Shown here piece after piece: positions 1 through 11,830 of a stretch of 64,000 nucleotides of DNA (positions are counted from its first letter, which is position 1; the number at the start of each line of letters is the position of its first letter). The notes under the pieces are model-generated. The model saw only the letters and a list, made by a program, of their open reading frames with translations, did no database searches and had not been told where the DNA came from. Both the position numbers and the translations under genes were made by a program. Where the stretch lies: NCBI GenBank assembly GCA_951406725.2, contig OX597821.1:41416001-41480000 (forward strand), given 5' to 3'. This stretch comes from Octopus vulgaris (Eukaryota).

Positions 1-575
1 GCTCTGAGGGAGAGACCTTTTGTTGCCAGTAGGGGTAGGAGCTTTCTGAACTTTGCCCAGGCTATTCGTATTCTAGTGGTGATACTCTCTGTGCATCCAC
101 CTCCGCTACTAACTTGGTCACCCAGGTAGCGGAAACTATCAACTACTTCTAGTTTCTCTCCCTGGAGTGTGATGGAATCTGTTTTCTGAGTGTCTGTTGT
201 GTCTATTGTCCCTGTGCATCTGCCGCACATGAAAGCTATCTTATCTGTTAATTTCCCTTTAATGTTGCTGCACCTCTTATGTGTCCATAACTTACATTGG
301 GTGCATCTTATGGAGTTTCTACCTGTACCTTTCCTACAGATTGAGCAGGGCCACCTACCCGAGGGGGTGTGTGCTGAGTACCTCTTGCTGCTTACTAATA
401 CTTTGGTCTTTGCTACATTTATTCTAAGGCCCTTTGATTCCAACCCTTGCTTCCACACCCGAAATTTCTCTTCTAGTTCCGGTAGTGATTCTGCTATGAG
501 AGCTAGGTCATCGGCATAGAGGAGCTCCCAGGGGCATCCGTTTTGAATTCCTCTGTTATTGCCTGAAGGACTATT
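1..575 (-). mobile_element. RTE-clade LINE fragment (reverse transcriptase C-terminal part with inserted PHD finger), runs off window edge
   Basis: Minus-strand translation GCPWELLYADDLALIAES...GLRINVAKTK...CSIC..CTQC..HKRC..CGRC...EVVDSFRYLGD...RIRIAWAKFRKLLPLL; YADD at 518-507; one frameshift near 540. Confidence 0.92.
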
Positions 576-678
576 ATTCCAAATTTACATATTTAATCTT
601 TCTATATAATATGTAATTTTTCTAAATAGTATAATTTAATTTTTCATTATTGAATTGATAACATGTGTTTTTTTACTA

Positions 679-718
<40 letters not shown>

Positions 719-734
719 ATGTATAAGTATGTAT

Positions 735-932
735 GTTTGTTCCCCCACATCACTTGTCAGCTGATGTTGGTGTGTTTACATCCCTGTAACTTAGCAATTC
801 GGTAAAAGAGAGCTATAGAATAAGTAGTAGGCTTACAAAGAATAAGACTCTTAAGTCAATTTGTTCAACTAATGGCGGTGCTCCAGCATGGCCGTAGTCA
901 AATGGCTGAAACAAATAAAAGAGTAAAAGAAA
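735..932 (+). mobile_element. OK-type tRNA SINE, 3' half
   Basis: tttgttcccc...gatagaataagta...ggtgctccagcatggccg..gtcaaatggctgaaacaaataaaagagtaaaaga matches 3' half of the copy at 11212-11606. Confidence 0.85.
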
Positions 933-964
933 AGCCATGAATAATCACTCACTGGAATAATGGT

Positions 965-1165
965 GTGAAAGTTTGGCCAACAATTTCAGGGAAGGAGATA
1001 AGTCAGTTACATCAACCCCAGTATCTAACTGGTACTAATATTATCAACCCTGAAACGTTGAAAGACAAAGCTAACCTTGGCATAATTTGAACTCAGAGCC
1101 TAAAGCCAGATTAAATGCTGCCAAGCATTTTTTCCATTGGGCTCAGCATTCTACCAGCTCATTGC
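965..1165 (-). mobile_element. OR-type tRNA SINE, degenerate
   Basis: aactggtact..gaaagacaaagctaaccttggcataatttgaactcaga matches family core. Confidence 0.75.
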
Positions 1166-1206
1166 TTTCACTCACTGTAATAATGAGGAAGCAGTCTGCA
1201 AGTGGA

Positions 1207-1267
<61 letters not shown>

Positions 1268-1311
1268 CATTATTATTATTATTATTATTATTTTTATTTT
1301 TATTATTATTA
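1207..1311. repeat. (ATT)n microsatellite
   Basis: Direct reading. Confidence 0.95.
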
Positions 1312-1577
1312 TTTCTCTATATCACAGGTTTTTATGGAGCTCCTGGAGTTTTGCATGCATAGCAGGCTTGCTACTTGCTGCCACCTTCTGTAAGGATGCT
1401 AAACCAAATGGCTAAATATTTGTTTTCAAAGAACAAAAGATTTCTCAAAATAGAGTTTAGATTTTGAAACTCAGAAATTTTCTTTTGTGCTGCCTTTGTT
1501 CTGACATTTCTTTTTGTAAAGTGCTTTCAACCACTGAAAATCTTGAGGAAAAAACTACCAAACAAGTTGCTCATATG

Positions 1578-1723
1578 GATGCAGGAGTGACTGTGAGGTA
1601 AGTAGCTTGCTTGCCGACCACATGATTCTGGGTTCAATCCCACTGCGTGACACCTTGGGCAAGTGTCTTCAACCAAAGCCTTGTGAGTGGAATTGGTACA
1701 CAGAAACTGAAAGAAGCCAGTCA

Positions 1724-1758
<35 letters not shown>

Positions 1759-1968
1759 TTGTGAGTCTGTGTTTTTCCCCACCACCATTGCTTGGCAACT
1801 GATGATGGTGTGTTTACATACCCATAACCTAGCAGTTTGGCAAAAGACACTGATAGAATAAGTACAAGGCTTACAAAGAATAAGTCCTGCGGTTGATTTG
1901 TTTGACTAAAGGTGATGCTCCAGCATGGCCACAGGCAAATGACTAAAACAAGTAAAAGACTAAAAGAA
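1578..1968 (+). mobile_element. OK-type tRNA SINE, near full length, internal (TG)n
   Basis: Head gcaggagtgactgtgaggtaag...gggttcaatccc (A/B boxes), ccttgggcaagtg, tail aagtaaaaga. Confidence 0.9.
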
Positions 1969-3065
1969 CATACAGTGTGCTTATTGTTTACAGCAGTGAA
2001 TCATGACCTCCGCCTTTTTCTTTGCTACATAATTTAGTCCAAGGAAACGGTTGGTATTCCAAAACTATTTGCATTATTCGCATTATTTCTGGAAATACTC
2101 AACAGCAAGGTACAAGCAACTCACCAGGCAATAGTTCTGTTACAATTGTAATCTATAGCACCTCTGATATTTACTTACAGCTAGTTTAAACAGGTTTGTT
2201 GAGAGTTACATCCTGGCTATGATCACATTGCCACAGTAAAGATAAAGTTGATCAAATACAACCCCGAAAATTCCATATATTGCTTCAGGAAACGAAATCT
2301 GTATTGATACTAATTGCATGCGAATATCTTTAGACCTAATCTGCTTGAAGGTTTAGTAATTATTATTTATGCTGCTCAGTTTAAGCGCTTTGGACATTTT
2401 AATCTTTTAAATGGCATTACTTACATCCACTGGCCTCAATCTGTTTATCTCACCCTTAACTAACTTTCCTTATTGTCTCTTCATTTCATTCGCACTCCTT
2501 GCTTTACTGTACTGCAACTCATAATAACATTACAATTTGCCTGTCTTGTTGATTTCCTTGAATTTTTGTTCGCTTGCAGTGTTGCGTAAACACTTAAATG
2601 ACATCCAGATCGATATCCTTTAACTGCCTCGTTGTTCATGAGATTTCTATCATCTGTCTCTCTCCTAAACACATTTTGCCAACTTCTAAGCTATATCTAT
2701 CTTTTCAGTAAATGTACTTATCTGATAGAATACATTAGCTAAGATGTGTATCGCATCATTCTCTTTTTTTAAAAAAAATATATTTCTTGGAATAAACTTT
2801 GTTATATATCATTTACTTCCTACTTTTTTTTTTATTTTTTAAATTCTTCCATAAATATATTTTCTTCATTCAAAGGAAAGATTTATTCCTTTTCAACAAT
2901 AAACATTTTCTGCTTCATTTTGTGACTGTTTATTTATGTTTGATAGCAGGAGTTGAACTGGTGAGCAAAGTTAGAATTTCCAATGTATTCTTCATGCCCA
3001 CTTTTCTACTAAATCTCTCCACCAACAGCAGGTGATTTAATGGAACCATAACACTAATACCAACG

Positions 3066-3100
<35 letters not shown>

Positions 3101-3176
3101 TGCTATGCATGCATGACTCCAGGAGTTCTAACAAAACCCATGACAAAAAGAAACAATAATAGCGATGAGGATGATG

Positions 3177-3241
<65 letters not shown>

Positions 3242-3244
3242 TCA

Positions 3245-3600
3245 TTCAAATTTTGACACAGTGTTAGCAATCTTAGAAGTTTAATCAACTGTATCAACTG
3301 ATACTTTTCTATCGACTTCCACCCCACCCCCACACTGGATGAAAGGCAAAGTCAACCTTGACAGCATTTGAACTCAGGACCTTAAACGTTAGAAGAAATG
3401 CTGCTAAGCATTTTGCCCAGCATGATAACAATTCTGCCAACTTGCTGCTTTAGTAGGAATGGTAATAATAAGGATAATCCTTTCTACTATAGACAGAAGG
3501 TCTGAAATTTGAAAGTAGAAGTAAATCAATTGCATCAACCTCCAGTGCATAACTGGTACTTATTTTATTGATCCCCGAAAACATGAAAGGCAAAATTGAC
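3245..3600 (-). mobile_element. Two adjacent degenerate OR-type SINE copies
   Basis: gatgaaaggcaaagtcaaccttg..atttgaactcag (3340-3378) and aactggtacttattttattgatcccc..gaaaggcaaaattgac (3551-3600). Confidence 0.75.
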
Positions 3601-3611
3601 TGTACAGTATA

Positions 3612-3843
3612 CAGGGTGAGTTAAAAGTAGAACCCAATTGTTTTTTTTAGGGTTGATATGTATGACTTCTCAATTGGGAGAGAGTTTTGACTCCTAATTC
3701 TTGTTCTACAGATTGGGATTATCAAAGAGTATAAACAACATGATCCGGATTAAGTAACTTCCAAAACTGTCAGTAATAACCTGCAAAACAACAACAAAAG
3801 GCAAGACTTCCTTGAAACAGGACACTACTTTTGACTCACCCTG
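3612..3843. mobile_element. Tc1/mariner-type MITE
   Basis: TIRs CAGGGTGAGTTAAAAGTAG (3612-3630) / CTACTTTTGACTCACCCTG (3825-3843), TA on both sides. Confidence 0.88.
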
Positions 3844-4074
3844 TATATATCATATCACATGAGCACACACAAACACCCATGCATGCCCATACACGCTCAC
3901 ATGCACAAACATATAAATATATGTATGCACATATGCGATGTGCAGTGAAGGGCACTGAAACACTTAGAGAGCTGCTTCACTACCTTATGAGAGATCGTCT
4001 CTTATGTTTGATGATGGAGTACAACTGCACACTCAGCAGACAGGGGTCTACTCTAAATATGTTTGCATGTGTTC

Positions 4075-4345
4075 AGGGTGCATGGCCTTGTGGTTAAGGT
4101 GTTGCACACATGAATGTGAGATCGTGGTTTCAATTCTTGGACCAGGCAGTGCATTGTGTTCTTGAGCAAAACACTTTATCTCATATTGCTCTGCAATCAC
4201 TTTAACACCTGACATGTGGCACACAGTGCACCTGTCCAGGTAATATCGATTTGATGCAAGGAGTGAGCTGACACACAGCACAAGCATTCGCCCATTATAA
4301 ACAAATCATCTGAGCAGGCCATTCAGTAAGAACTGGCAGAACACC
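4075..4345 (+). mobile_element. tRNA-derived SINE of a third family
   Basis: tggccttgtggttaagg (A box), gtggtttcaattc (B box), tgtgttcttgagcaaaacactt; similar head at 51890-52032. Confidence 0.7.
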
Positions 4346-5606
4346 ATATTTTCTGAACTCTGAGAGACTACCATTATTAGCATCAGCATCTTCATCACGT
4401 ATGTATGTGTCTATGCATGCATGTGTGTTTGTGTGTATGCACATGTGCACGCATGTGTGTGATACCTATACAAATTATTTTAGCAATAGCAACCATTATA
4501 TTGTGGAAACTTGTCCCAAGTTATGTTCTTTGCTTCATGAAACATTGAAAATGAAAATAGTTATTGTCTAACATAGTTATTTCATTATTGCATCACTATT
4601 TCTTCAGAAATTTTTAATGACCCTTTCATTAACTATGTTAACATTAATTAAATAATGTAAATTAGTTGTAAGTTCTATAAAACACAACAACATCACCAAT
4701 TAATGATTACAAATAACATTGTCATTATTTATTATTGAATTATCAAATTCTCTTTATCTTTCTGACCAAACATATTAAGAAATTTATTAATGTATTTTCA
4801 AATATTTCTAATATATTTCGTCTGACAAGTTTACTTTGAAAGCCTATCAACAAAAATTTTCTTTTCGATTTGTTTTTAGCCATACAAAACTTAGATAATA
4901 TCACTGTTTTCACATTGGAAACATTTTCAAAATGTTTCCTGCTTGTCACCTGAATAAAAATACAGTGAACATTGGTTTCAAATTTAATTCACTCCTGAAG
5001 GCTGTTCATTACCTGAAATCTTTGTAAACCAATTCTATTTTACCATAGAAAATTCAAGAGAATCTATGATAAATTCAAGCAGGGATATAAACTGAGCCAA
5101 AGCCAGGCAGCAACTAATGCTCTCCCTTTGATTCTCTCAGCTTGGCGCCAACTGTTGTTGCTGGCTTGCATGTTTCTTATGCAAGACACCATTTGTCACC
5201 CAAGACAATTTATGTTTGAAAAATTGTTCATAAACCTATTTGTAAGCAATGAGAGGTGTTCATAAACTGAGGTTCTACCGTAAACTAATCTCTGTATTGA
5301 TCAAACTACCAAATATTGTTATACACCGCAAGTCACAGTGTGCTTCCAATCCTTTCTTGATTGCACCCGTCTTTTCCATTTTGTGCATGGGAATCACTAA
5401 AAATGTGTTGCAATCTACACATTTATGGATCCTGATGAATACAATGGCAAATTCGAAATGTTTCTTTGGGTCTCAGGAAACCAAGAATACAAGATGTTTG
5501 TATATTTATGGCTTTACCAGGAAAAATGGATTTTCCTGAAAAATACCCAAACAGGAAGGAGAGTAGAGTTTGAAATATGTTTTCATTTTAAAGCTTACAC
5601 TCACAT

Positions 5607-5660
<54 letters not shown>

Positions 5661-5792
5661 ATATGCATATCACATGCACACATACACACATACATGCTCA
5701 CACAAGCATATACATGCACACATACACACAAATACATATATATACACATATTTACTCTCACATACGCATATACTTACACACAACATTATGTG

Positions 5793-5834
<42 letters not shown>

Positions 5835-6415
5835 TGTGTGTGTTTGCATGTGTGTGTGTGTGTTTGTGTGTGTCAGTTGGTGGGTGGAATGTCTAGAATT
5901 GAAATGATTTACTTTGATATTTTGTTACCAAGAATATTACTTACATTTTATTTGCAGGTTTTCCTATATTTATATATTCGGCATATAATATATTCCATCA
6001 GAACCGAAATCCATTCATCTTTTCAGCATGTTGCTTTTGTTCTATAAAGATAATTTCTTTCTGGTGAATGCCGTTTTTTTTTTTTTTTGTTTTTTTAGTT
6101 AGTTTTTTTCTCTCTCCAGAGAAAACTTCTTTTATGACTGCACCCATATTTGAATCACAGCAGCTCGGGTAGACAGTTTTGTTTTAACCAACAATACTCT
6201 GTTAACAGATATAATTAACTATTAGTACACGTTGTAATACATATTCTAGACAGCTTCCATTTGTTTGTCTTGTTAGCATTTTTGCTATACATATATATCA
6301 TAGATAAAGAAGGAACTTTGCAAAGAAGAAAAGGGGGAAAAGAAGAGATGAAGACACTATCAATACCAAAAGGATAATAATAGTAATAATGATAATAATA
6401 ATAATAATAATAATA

Positions 6416-6458
<43 letters not shown>

Positions 6459-6460
<2 letters not shown>

Positions 6461-6925
6461 GAGTGAGAGAGCAGTGCATGCCATCAAAGTGACACAGGGG
6501 TAAAATATATGAATCCCAGTACATCTATCATGACAACCCGTCTGATAACGATACACCAGGCACATGCATCACAACCATATGTGTGCGACATGGTGGTCGC
6601 ATATCAAGATAAATACCGCATGGTTTTGCTGGTGGGGCCCAGTTAGAATTTTCTTCTGGTCGAGTAGCCCATCCGGCTCAAAAGGTCCCTGAATAAGGGT
6701 TGTTTAAGGATGTTGAATGAAACACCCATGTTTCCAGAGGTGAATTATTCAAACCCCAAAGAATTCCTCTCAACACATGGCTATGATGCTTCCCCACTAC
6801 TTCTGCCCATGATCAGATATGCACATATCGTCAGTCACTAAGGGACATGCTCAACTGGTTAAGGTCAAACAACTGACAAGCAAATCAGTGGTATTGAGCA
6901 GAATATTTGCTGTAGCCCATTTTTG
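6459..6925 (-). mobile_element. (TAA)n-embedded non-coding retroposon, 5'-truncated copy
   Basis: Highly similar to 6957-7420; flanked by (ATT)n. Confidence 0.85.
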
Positions 6926-6956
6926 ATATAATTATTATTATTATTATTATTATTAT

Positions 6957-7512
6957 TGAGTGAGAGAGCAGTTCATGCCATCAAAGTGACACTGGGGTAA
7001 AATATACGAAGCCCAATATACCCATCATGACTACCCGTCTGATAAAGGTACACCAGGCACATGCATCACAACCATATGTGCGCGACATGGTGATCTCATA
7101 TCAAGATAAACAGCACATGACCTTGCAGGTGGGGCCCAGTTAGAATTTTCTTCAGGTTGAGTAGCCCATCCCGCTCAAACGGTCCCTGAATAAGGGTTGT
7201 TTAAGGATGTTGAAAGAACCACCCATGTTTCCAGAGGTGAACTATTCAAACCCCAAAGAATCCCTCTCAACACATGGTTATGATGCTCCCCCACTACTTC
7301 TGCTCGTGATCAGAGATGCAGATATCGTCAGCCACAAAGGGACATGCTCAACTGGTTAAAGTCAAACAACTGAGAAGCAAATCTGTGGTATTCAGCAGAA
7401 TATTTGCTGTAGCCCATCTTTTATACCAAGACAAAACAATGTACATGATAACACTTCCAATCAGTTAAGATCAGAAGCCATGAGAGCCTCTGCCTGGTAC
7501 TGCATCAGGGCA
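6957..7512 (-). mobile_element. (TAA)n-embedded non-coding retroposon, longer copy (probably R4/Dong-associated)
   Basis: Shares end ...ctctctcactca(ata)n with 6459-6925 and 38009-38112; variable 5' ends; (ATT)n on both sides. Confidence 0.8.
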
Positions 7513-7544
7513 TTATTATTACTATTATTATTATTATTATTATA

Positions 7545-7770
7545 TGAAAACTAACAGCTTATTTTTCTGGGTATGATGGTAAGTGTCAGCTGTCCACAGC
7601 CAGCAGACTAAGGTGACACTTGTTTACTGGTCATGCTTCAAAAACCCTGTGAAGAATTCTTGCAGTTCCAAGCAATGCTGATTTTTGCATGTGTTCTATC
7701 TTCACACTTGCACCAATCTTTTTCAGCCATGCTGGTAGTTGAGTGCTGATACCTCCAAGTGCACCAATTG
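7545..7770 (-). mobile_element. R4/Dong-clade LINE 3' end (restriction-like endonuclease C-terminus)
   Basis: Minus translation IGALGGISTQLPAWLKKIGASVKIEHMQKSALLGTARILHRVFEA*; within (ATT)n. Confidence 0.85.
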
Positions 7771-7774
7771 CTGC

Positions 7775-7830
<56 letters not shown>

Positions 7831-8469
7831 TGCTCCTTATGGTTTATAAAGAGACGGAGACAAAAGGAGAAAAGCAAAAATAGAAATGGAGAAGAGGAGA
7901 CAATTTGAGAATCTTGACATGAGCAAAAGCAAATGGTAAACGCTAATGAAGACATGTATTGCTCAAATGCTAAGTTTCTAAATACAATTGCATTTTCTCA
8001 AGGAGATGCACCTGTATCAAAGGAATTCATGTTCGTTAAGGTATCAGTGGAACTATCTTCTCATCGCACTGAATAATGTTTTTTTTCCGGAAAGATGAAA
8101 GGGAGCTGAGATTTATTCTAAAGAAGATTTCCTTCAAGTGGGGAGACATCTGTTATGTTGTAGGAATGATTTGTTTTCAATGCAGTCATAGTTATGGATA
8201 AAAGAGCTGAAAAATGACTCACCTGTATAAAAAAAAACCAAAGTTTTTACTTTGTTGTTCAAATGAAGAAACACCAGCTGCTTCAAATCTATGAAATTAT
8301 GGAATTTGACTCGAACCGGCTCTGAACTTTGTCAAGATATTTGTAATTACAATACGGCATTAAGTTTCACCACATGCTGGGTAAACATTAGTCAGGATCT
8401 GGTTTCATACAGAAATTGAAGCAGCCGCATGTATAGACATCGAAAAATACATCAACAATAATTAAAAAC

Positions 8470-8564
8470 ATAAACATTTTTGCCATGAGAAAATTTGCTG
8501 AAGAGACAGTCGCTGTAAGAAATTTTGCCATTTAGGAAAATTTGCCACACGACAAATCCTCCAT

Positions 8565-8618
<54 letters not shown>

Positions 8619-9655
8619 GTTTAACATCTGCTTTCCATGCTAGCATGGGTTGGATGATTGACTGAGGGCTGGTAAACCGGATGGCTGCACCAGGCCTCAA
8701 TCTTGATCTGGCAGAGTTTCTACAGCTGGATGCCCTTCATAACATCAACCACTCCGAGAGTGTAGTGGGTGCTTTTACGTGCCATCGGCACAGGGCCAGT
8801 CAGGCGGCACTGGCAACAACCTCGCTTGAATCTTTTATACATGCCACCAGCACAGGTGCCAGTAAGGTGATGCTGGTAATGATCACGCTCGAATGGTGTC
8901 TTTTACATGCCATCAGCATGGAGGCCAGATAGCCGCTCTGGCAATGATCATGTTCGGATGGTGCTCTTAATACCCTACTTGCACGGGGCTCGAGTGCCAG
9001 TAAGGTGACGCTGGTAACAATTATGCTCGAATGGTGCCTTTTAAGTGTCACTGGCACGGAAGCCGGTTAGCCGCTCTGTCCATGATAAAACTCGTATGAC
9101 AATGAAAAAGCATATTATACCAGCATTTTTTTTAACTAAAAGAAATCTGAATAATATGATCAGAATAAACAATAATCTAGAAAGCTTTCTCAATGCAATT
9201 CAAATCTTTATTACTAAAATCCATTAAAATACCTGGAAACTCGTAAGTTATTTGAAAAAGGAAGAAAGTTTAGTGAGAAAGAAAGAATGTGATTTAGATG
9301 AAGGAGAAGCAGCAGAGATGGAAAAAAAAGGGTGTAACAATATTAATGCAAGACTTCAGAGACAGATGCTTCAAAACGATCCACAGCAAAAAGTACATTA
9401 TTTCATTATTTGTGAAGCATTGCTTGGAATTTTCATTCATTTTAAATGACCTCATCATGCTTTTTTTTATATTCAACATTGAATAAAAACTTGCCTATTT
9501 AATGCTTTTATGAAATCTTTTATCATTCTCATTTTTTTTATTTTCAAAACTGTTGATGGAATACACTCCATCGTTGTCCATACAGCAAAATTTCTTACAG
9601 CAAATTTTGCTATGGTAAATTTTCCCATGGCAAAAATGTTTACAACAAACTTTCT
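8470..9655 (+). mobile_element. MULE/Mutator-like DNA transposon derivative with subrepeated TIRs, interrupted by RTE 3' fragment
   Basis: aaacatttttgccatgagaaaatttgc (8472-8498) is the inverted match of gtaaattttcccatggcaaaaatgttt (9615-9641); internal RINNNLESFLNAIQ..KIH*NTWKLVSYLKKEE resembles MULE transposase RTNN...HPNIW motif. Confidence 0.75.
8565..9085 (-). mobile_element. RTE LINE 3' UTR fragment with (GAT)n tail
   Basis: ccatgctagcatgg hairpin, tttctacagctggatgcccttc, repeated gtgcttttacgtgcca units; same tail follows RTE coding sequence at 23245-24133. Confidence 0.85.
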
Positions 9656-9735
9656 GGGCATGATTACACTGCACTAAATCCAGGTGGGACCAGCAGGCAT
9701 GGGTATATGAATAATCCGCTAAACTGGTTTTTAAG

Positions 9736-9870
9736 ACAATTCTATATTTAAGAGATGAAGAATTATATACATTATTTACATTTGACAGATGTCTTCATCT
9801 TGCATATGGCATAGTGGTTAAGAGCGTGGGCTACGAACCCCTAGATTCTGAGTTTGATTCCAGGCGGTGA

Positions 9871-9908
<38 letters not shown>

Positions 9909-10088
9909 TTAATAATAATAATAATAATAACAATAACATTGAAAAATAGGAATGAGAACCCAGATTCGAAATTTCCCCAAGACACCTGATGAAGGCTGGA
10001 GGGTATATCAGCCAAAACATTGTGTTAACAACAAATAAGATGAGGATAAATATCCGTCAAATGTAAATAATTTAAATAATGTAAATAA
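9736..10088 (+). mobile_element. Non-autonomous element: inverted termini + tRNA-like head + (AAT)n + minimal hammerhead ribozyme
   Basis: 11-bp flanking repeat TGGTTTTTAAG (9725-9735 / 10089-10099); A box 9807-9817, B box 9850-9861; hammerhead motif 9982-10025; 9762-9802 inverted relative to 10037-10088. Confidence 0.8.
9982..10025 (+). ncRNA. Minimal type I hammerhead ribozyme (decayed copy)
   Basis: ACAC-CTGATGA-A-GGCTG(loop)CAGCC-AAAA-CATT-GTGT; GAAA core reads AAAA here, GAAA in the copy at 38191-38234. Confidence 0.72.
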
Positions 10089-10231
10089 TGGTTTTTAAGG
10101 GTAACATATTTAGAATAAAAGCAGAAAATCATAAATTTCACATATAGTTCATACCTTGTGTTCAACAGCTGTTTCATTAGGTTAAACATCATTAAATGTA
10201 TAATTATATAAATGCAAAAAATAATTAATTA

Positions 10232-10623
10232 TGGCTGTGTGGTAAGTATTTTGCTTATGAACCACATGGTTCTGGGTTCAGTCCCACTGTGAGGCACCTT
10301 GGGCAAGTGTCTTCTACTATGGCCTCAGGCCAACAAAGCTTTGTGAGTGGATTTGGTAGACGGAAACTGAAAGAAGCCTGTCATATATATATATGCATGT
10401 GTGTGTATATGTTTATGTGTCTGTGTTTGTCCCCCCCCCCCACCAACATTGCTTGACAACTGATGTTGATGTGTTTATGTCCCCGTAACATAGCAGTTTG
10501 GCAAAAGAGATCGATAGAATAAGTACTATACTTACAAAGAATAAGTCCTGGGGTCGATTAGCTCAACTAAAGGCAGTGCTCCAGCATGGCCACTGTCAAA
10601 TAACTGAAACAAGTAAAAGAGTA
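10232..10623 (+). mobile_element. OK-type tRNA SINE
   Basis: tggctgtgtggtaag..gggttcagtcccac..ccttgggcaagtg..aagtaaaagagt. Confidence 0.92.
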
Positions 10624-10944
10624 ATTTAAATTAAATTAATTTAAAAGCTGTGTTTAGCCAAATCATCAGGGATGCTTATTTGCTTTGTTAAACTGAAAAG
10701 CTGTCAGTAGAGCAGCAACCAAAAATGAGAATCAAAACTCATTACTGAAGGGAACATTGTGACTGAATTGACCACAATGGCTACAGCGGTCATTTTGGTC
10801 ATTGTGAAGGAAATAACTTTACTAACGAGAAGCAATAATTATTACAGTAATAAAGGAATGCATTAATAACCTAAAACATGTTAAGATTAGCAGTGTATTC
10901 AATGTTAAGAGGTAACAGGAAGATATTCTTCTCGTTGGGTTTAT

Positions 10945-11085
10945 CGTCATCATCATTATCATCTTCATCTTTTAACGTCTGTTTTCCACGCTGGCATGGG
11001 TTGGATGGTTTAACAGGAGTTGGAAGTCAGAAGATTGTGCTAAGCTCTGCTGTTTATTTTGGCCTGGTTTTTATGGCTGGTTGGA
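10945..11085 (-). mobile_element. RTE 3' tail fragment
   Basis: (cat)n tttaacgtctgttttccacgctggcatgggttggatgg. Confidence 0.75.
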
Positions 11086-11094
11086 TTCAAATAA

Positions 11095-11830
11095 TAATAA
11101 TAATAATGAAATTATTGTATACAGTGCTCAGGTGCACCACAACTTGTCAAAAGTGCGTATAAAGAATATGCAGTAATGTACAAATGTCTGGAAAGTGAAC
11201 AGTGAAAGTATAGGCGCAGGAAGGGCTGTGTGGTAAGTAGCTTGCTTATGAACCACATGGTTCCAGGTTCAGTCCCACTGCGTGGCACCTTGGGCAAGTG
11301 TCTTCTACCATAGCCTCGGGCCGACCAAAGCCTTGTGAGTGGATTTGGTAGATGGAAACTGAAAGAAGCCCGTCGTATATATGTATATATATATATATGC
11401 GTGTGTGTGTTTGTCCCCCTAGCATTGCTTGACAACCGATGCTGGTGTGTTTGCGTCCCCGTCACTTAGCGGTTCGGCAAAAGAGACCGATAGAATAAGT
11501 ACTAGGCTTACAAAAGAATAAGTCCCGGGGTCGAGTTGCTCGATTAAAGGCGGTGCTCCAGCATGGCCGCAGTCAAATGACTGAAACAAGTAAAAGAGTA
11601 AAAGAGTGTATGAGTCAGATACATGCTTGCGTGTGTATGGAGGGGAGAAAATCAGGTGTAGTGTTGGCAAATCTCAGGAAGCATAGAGGTTTTGAAGGAT
11701 GCAGTGCTCCGACAACTAACAACTGATGCCGGCAGTTTGTTCCATGATTCTGCAACTCTTAGTGTGAAAAAATGTTTCCGAAAGTCATGGGAGCTGTGCT
11801 GTTTTCTGACTTTGTAAACATGTCCATGGG
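11095..11830 (-). mobile_element. CR1-clade LINE 3' end, interrupted by SINE
   Basis: Minus translation GHVYKVRKQHSSHDFRKHFFTLRVAESWNKLPASVVSCRSTASFK, typical CR1 ORF2 C-terminus; (TTA)n tail; second copy 56690-56960. Confidence 0.85.
11212..11606 (+). mobile_element. OK-type tRNA SINE, full length, CpG-rich (young)
   Basis: ggcgcagga...ggttccaggttcagtccc...gtaaaagagtaaaagagt; inserted in CR1 3' UTR. Confidence 0.93.

Noticed and set aside
5425-5470. CTGATGA...GAAATGTT hammerhead-like match
   Set aside because: No convincing stem I or II
4743-5540. Minus-strand acceptors followed by short open frames
   Set aside because: No recognisable protein or consistent exon chain
6376-7830. CRISPR-like repeat/spacer appearance
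   Set aside because: Microsatellites alternating with retroposons in eukaryotic DNA; no cas genes or constant repeat
9803-9873. Functional tRNA gene here or at SINE heads
   Set aside because: A/B boxes present but no acceptor stem or complete cloverleaf
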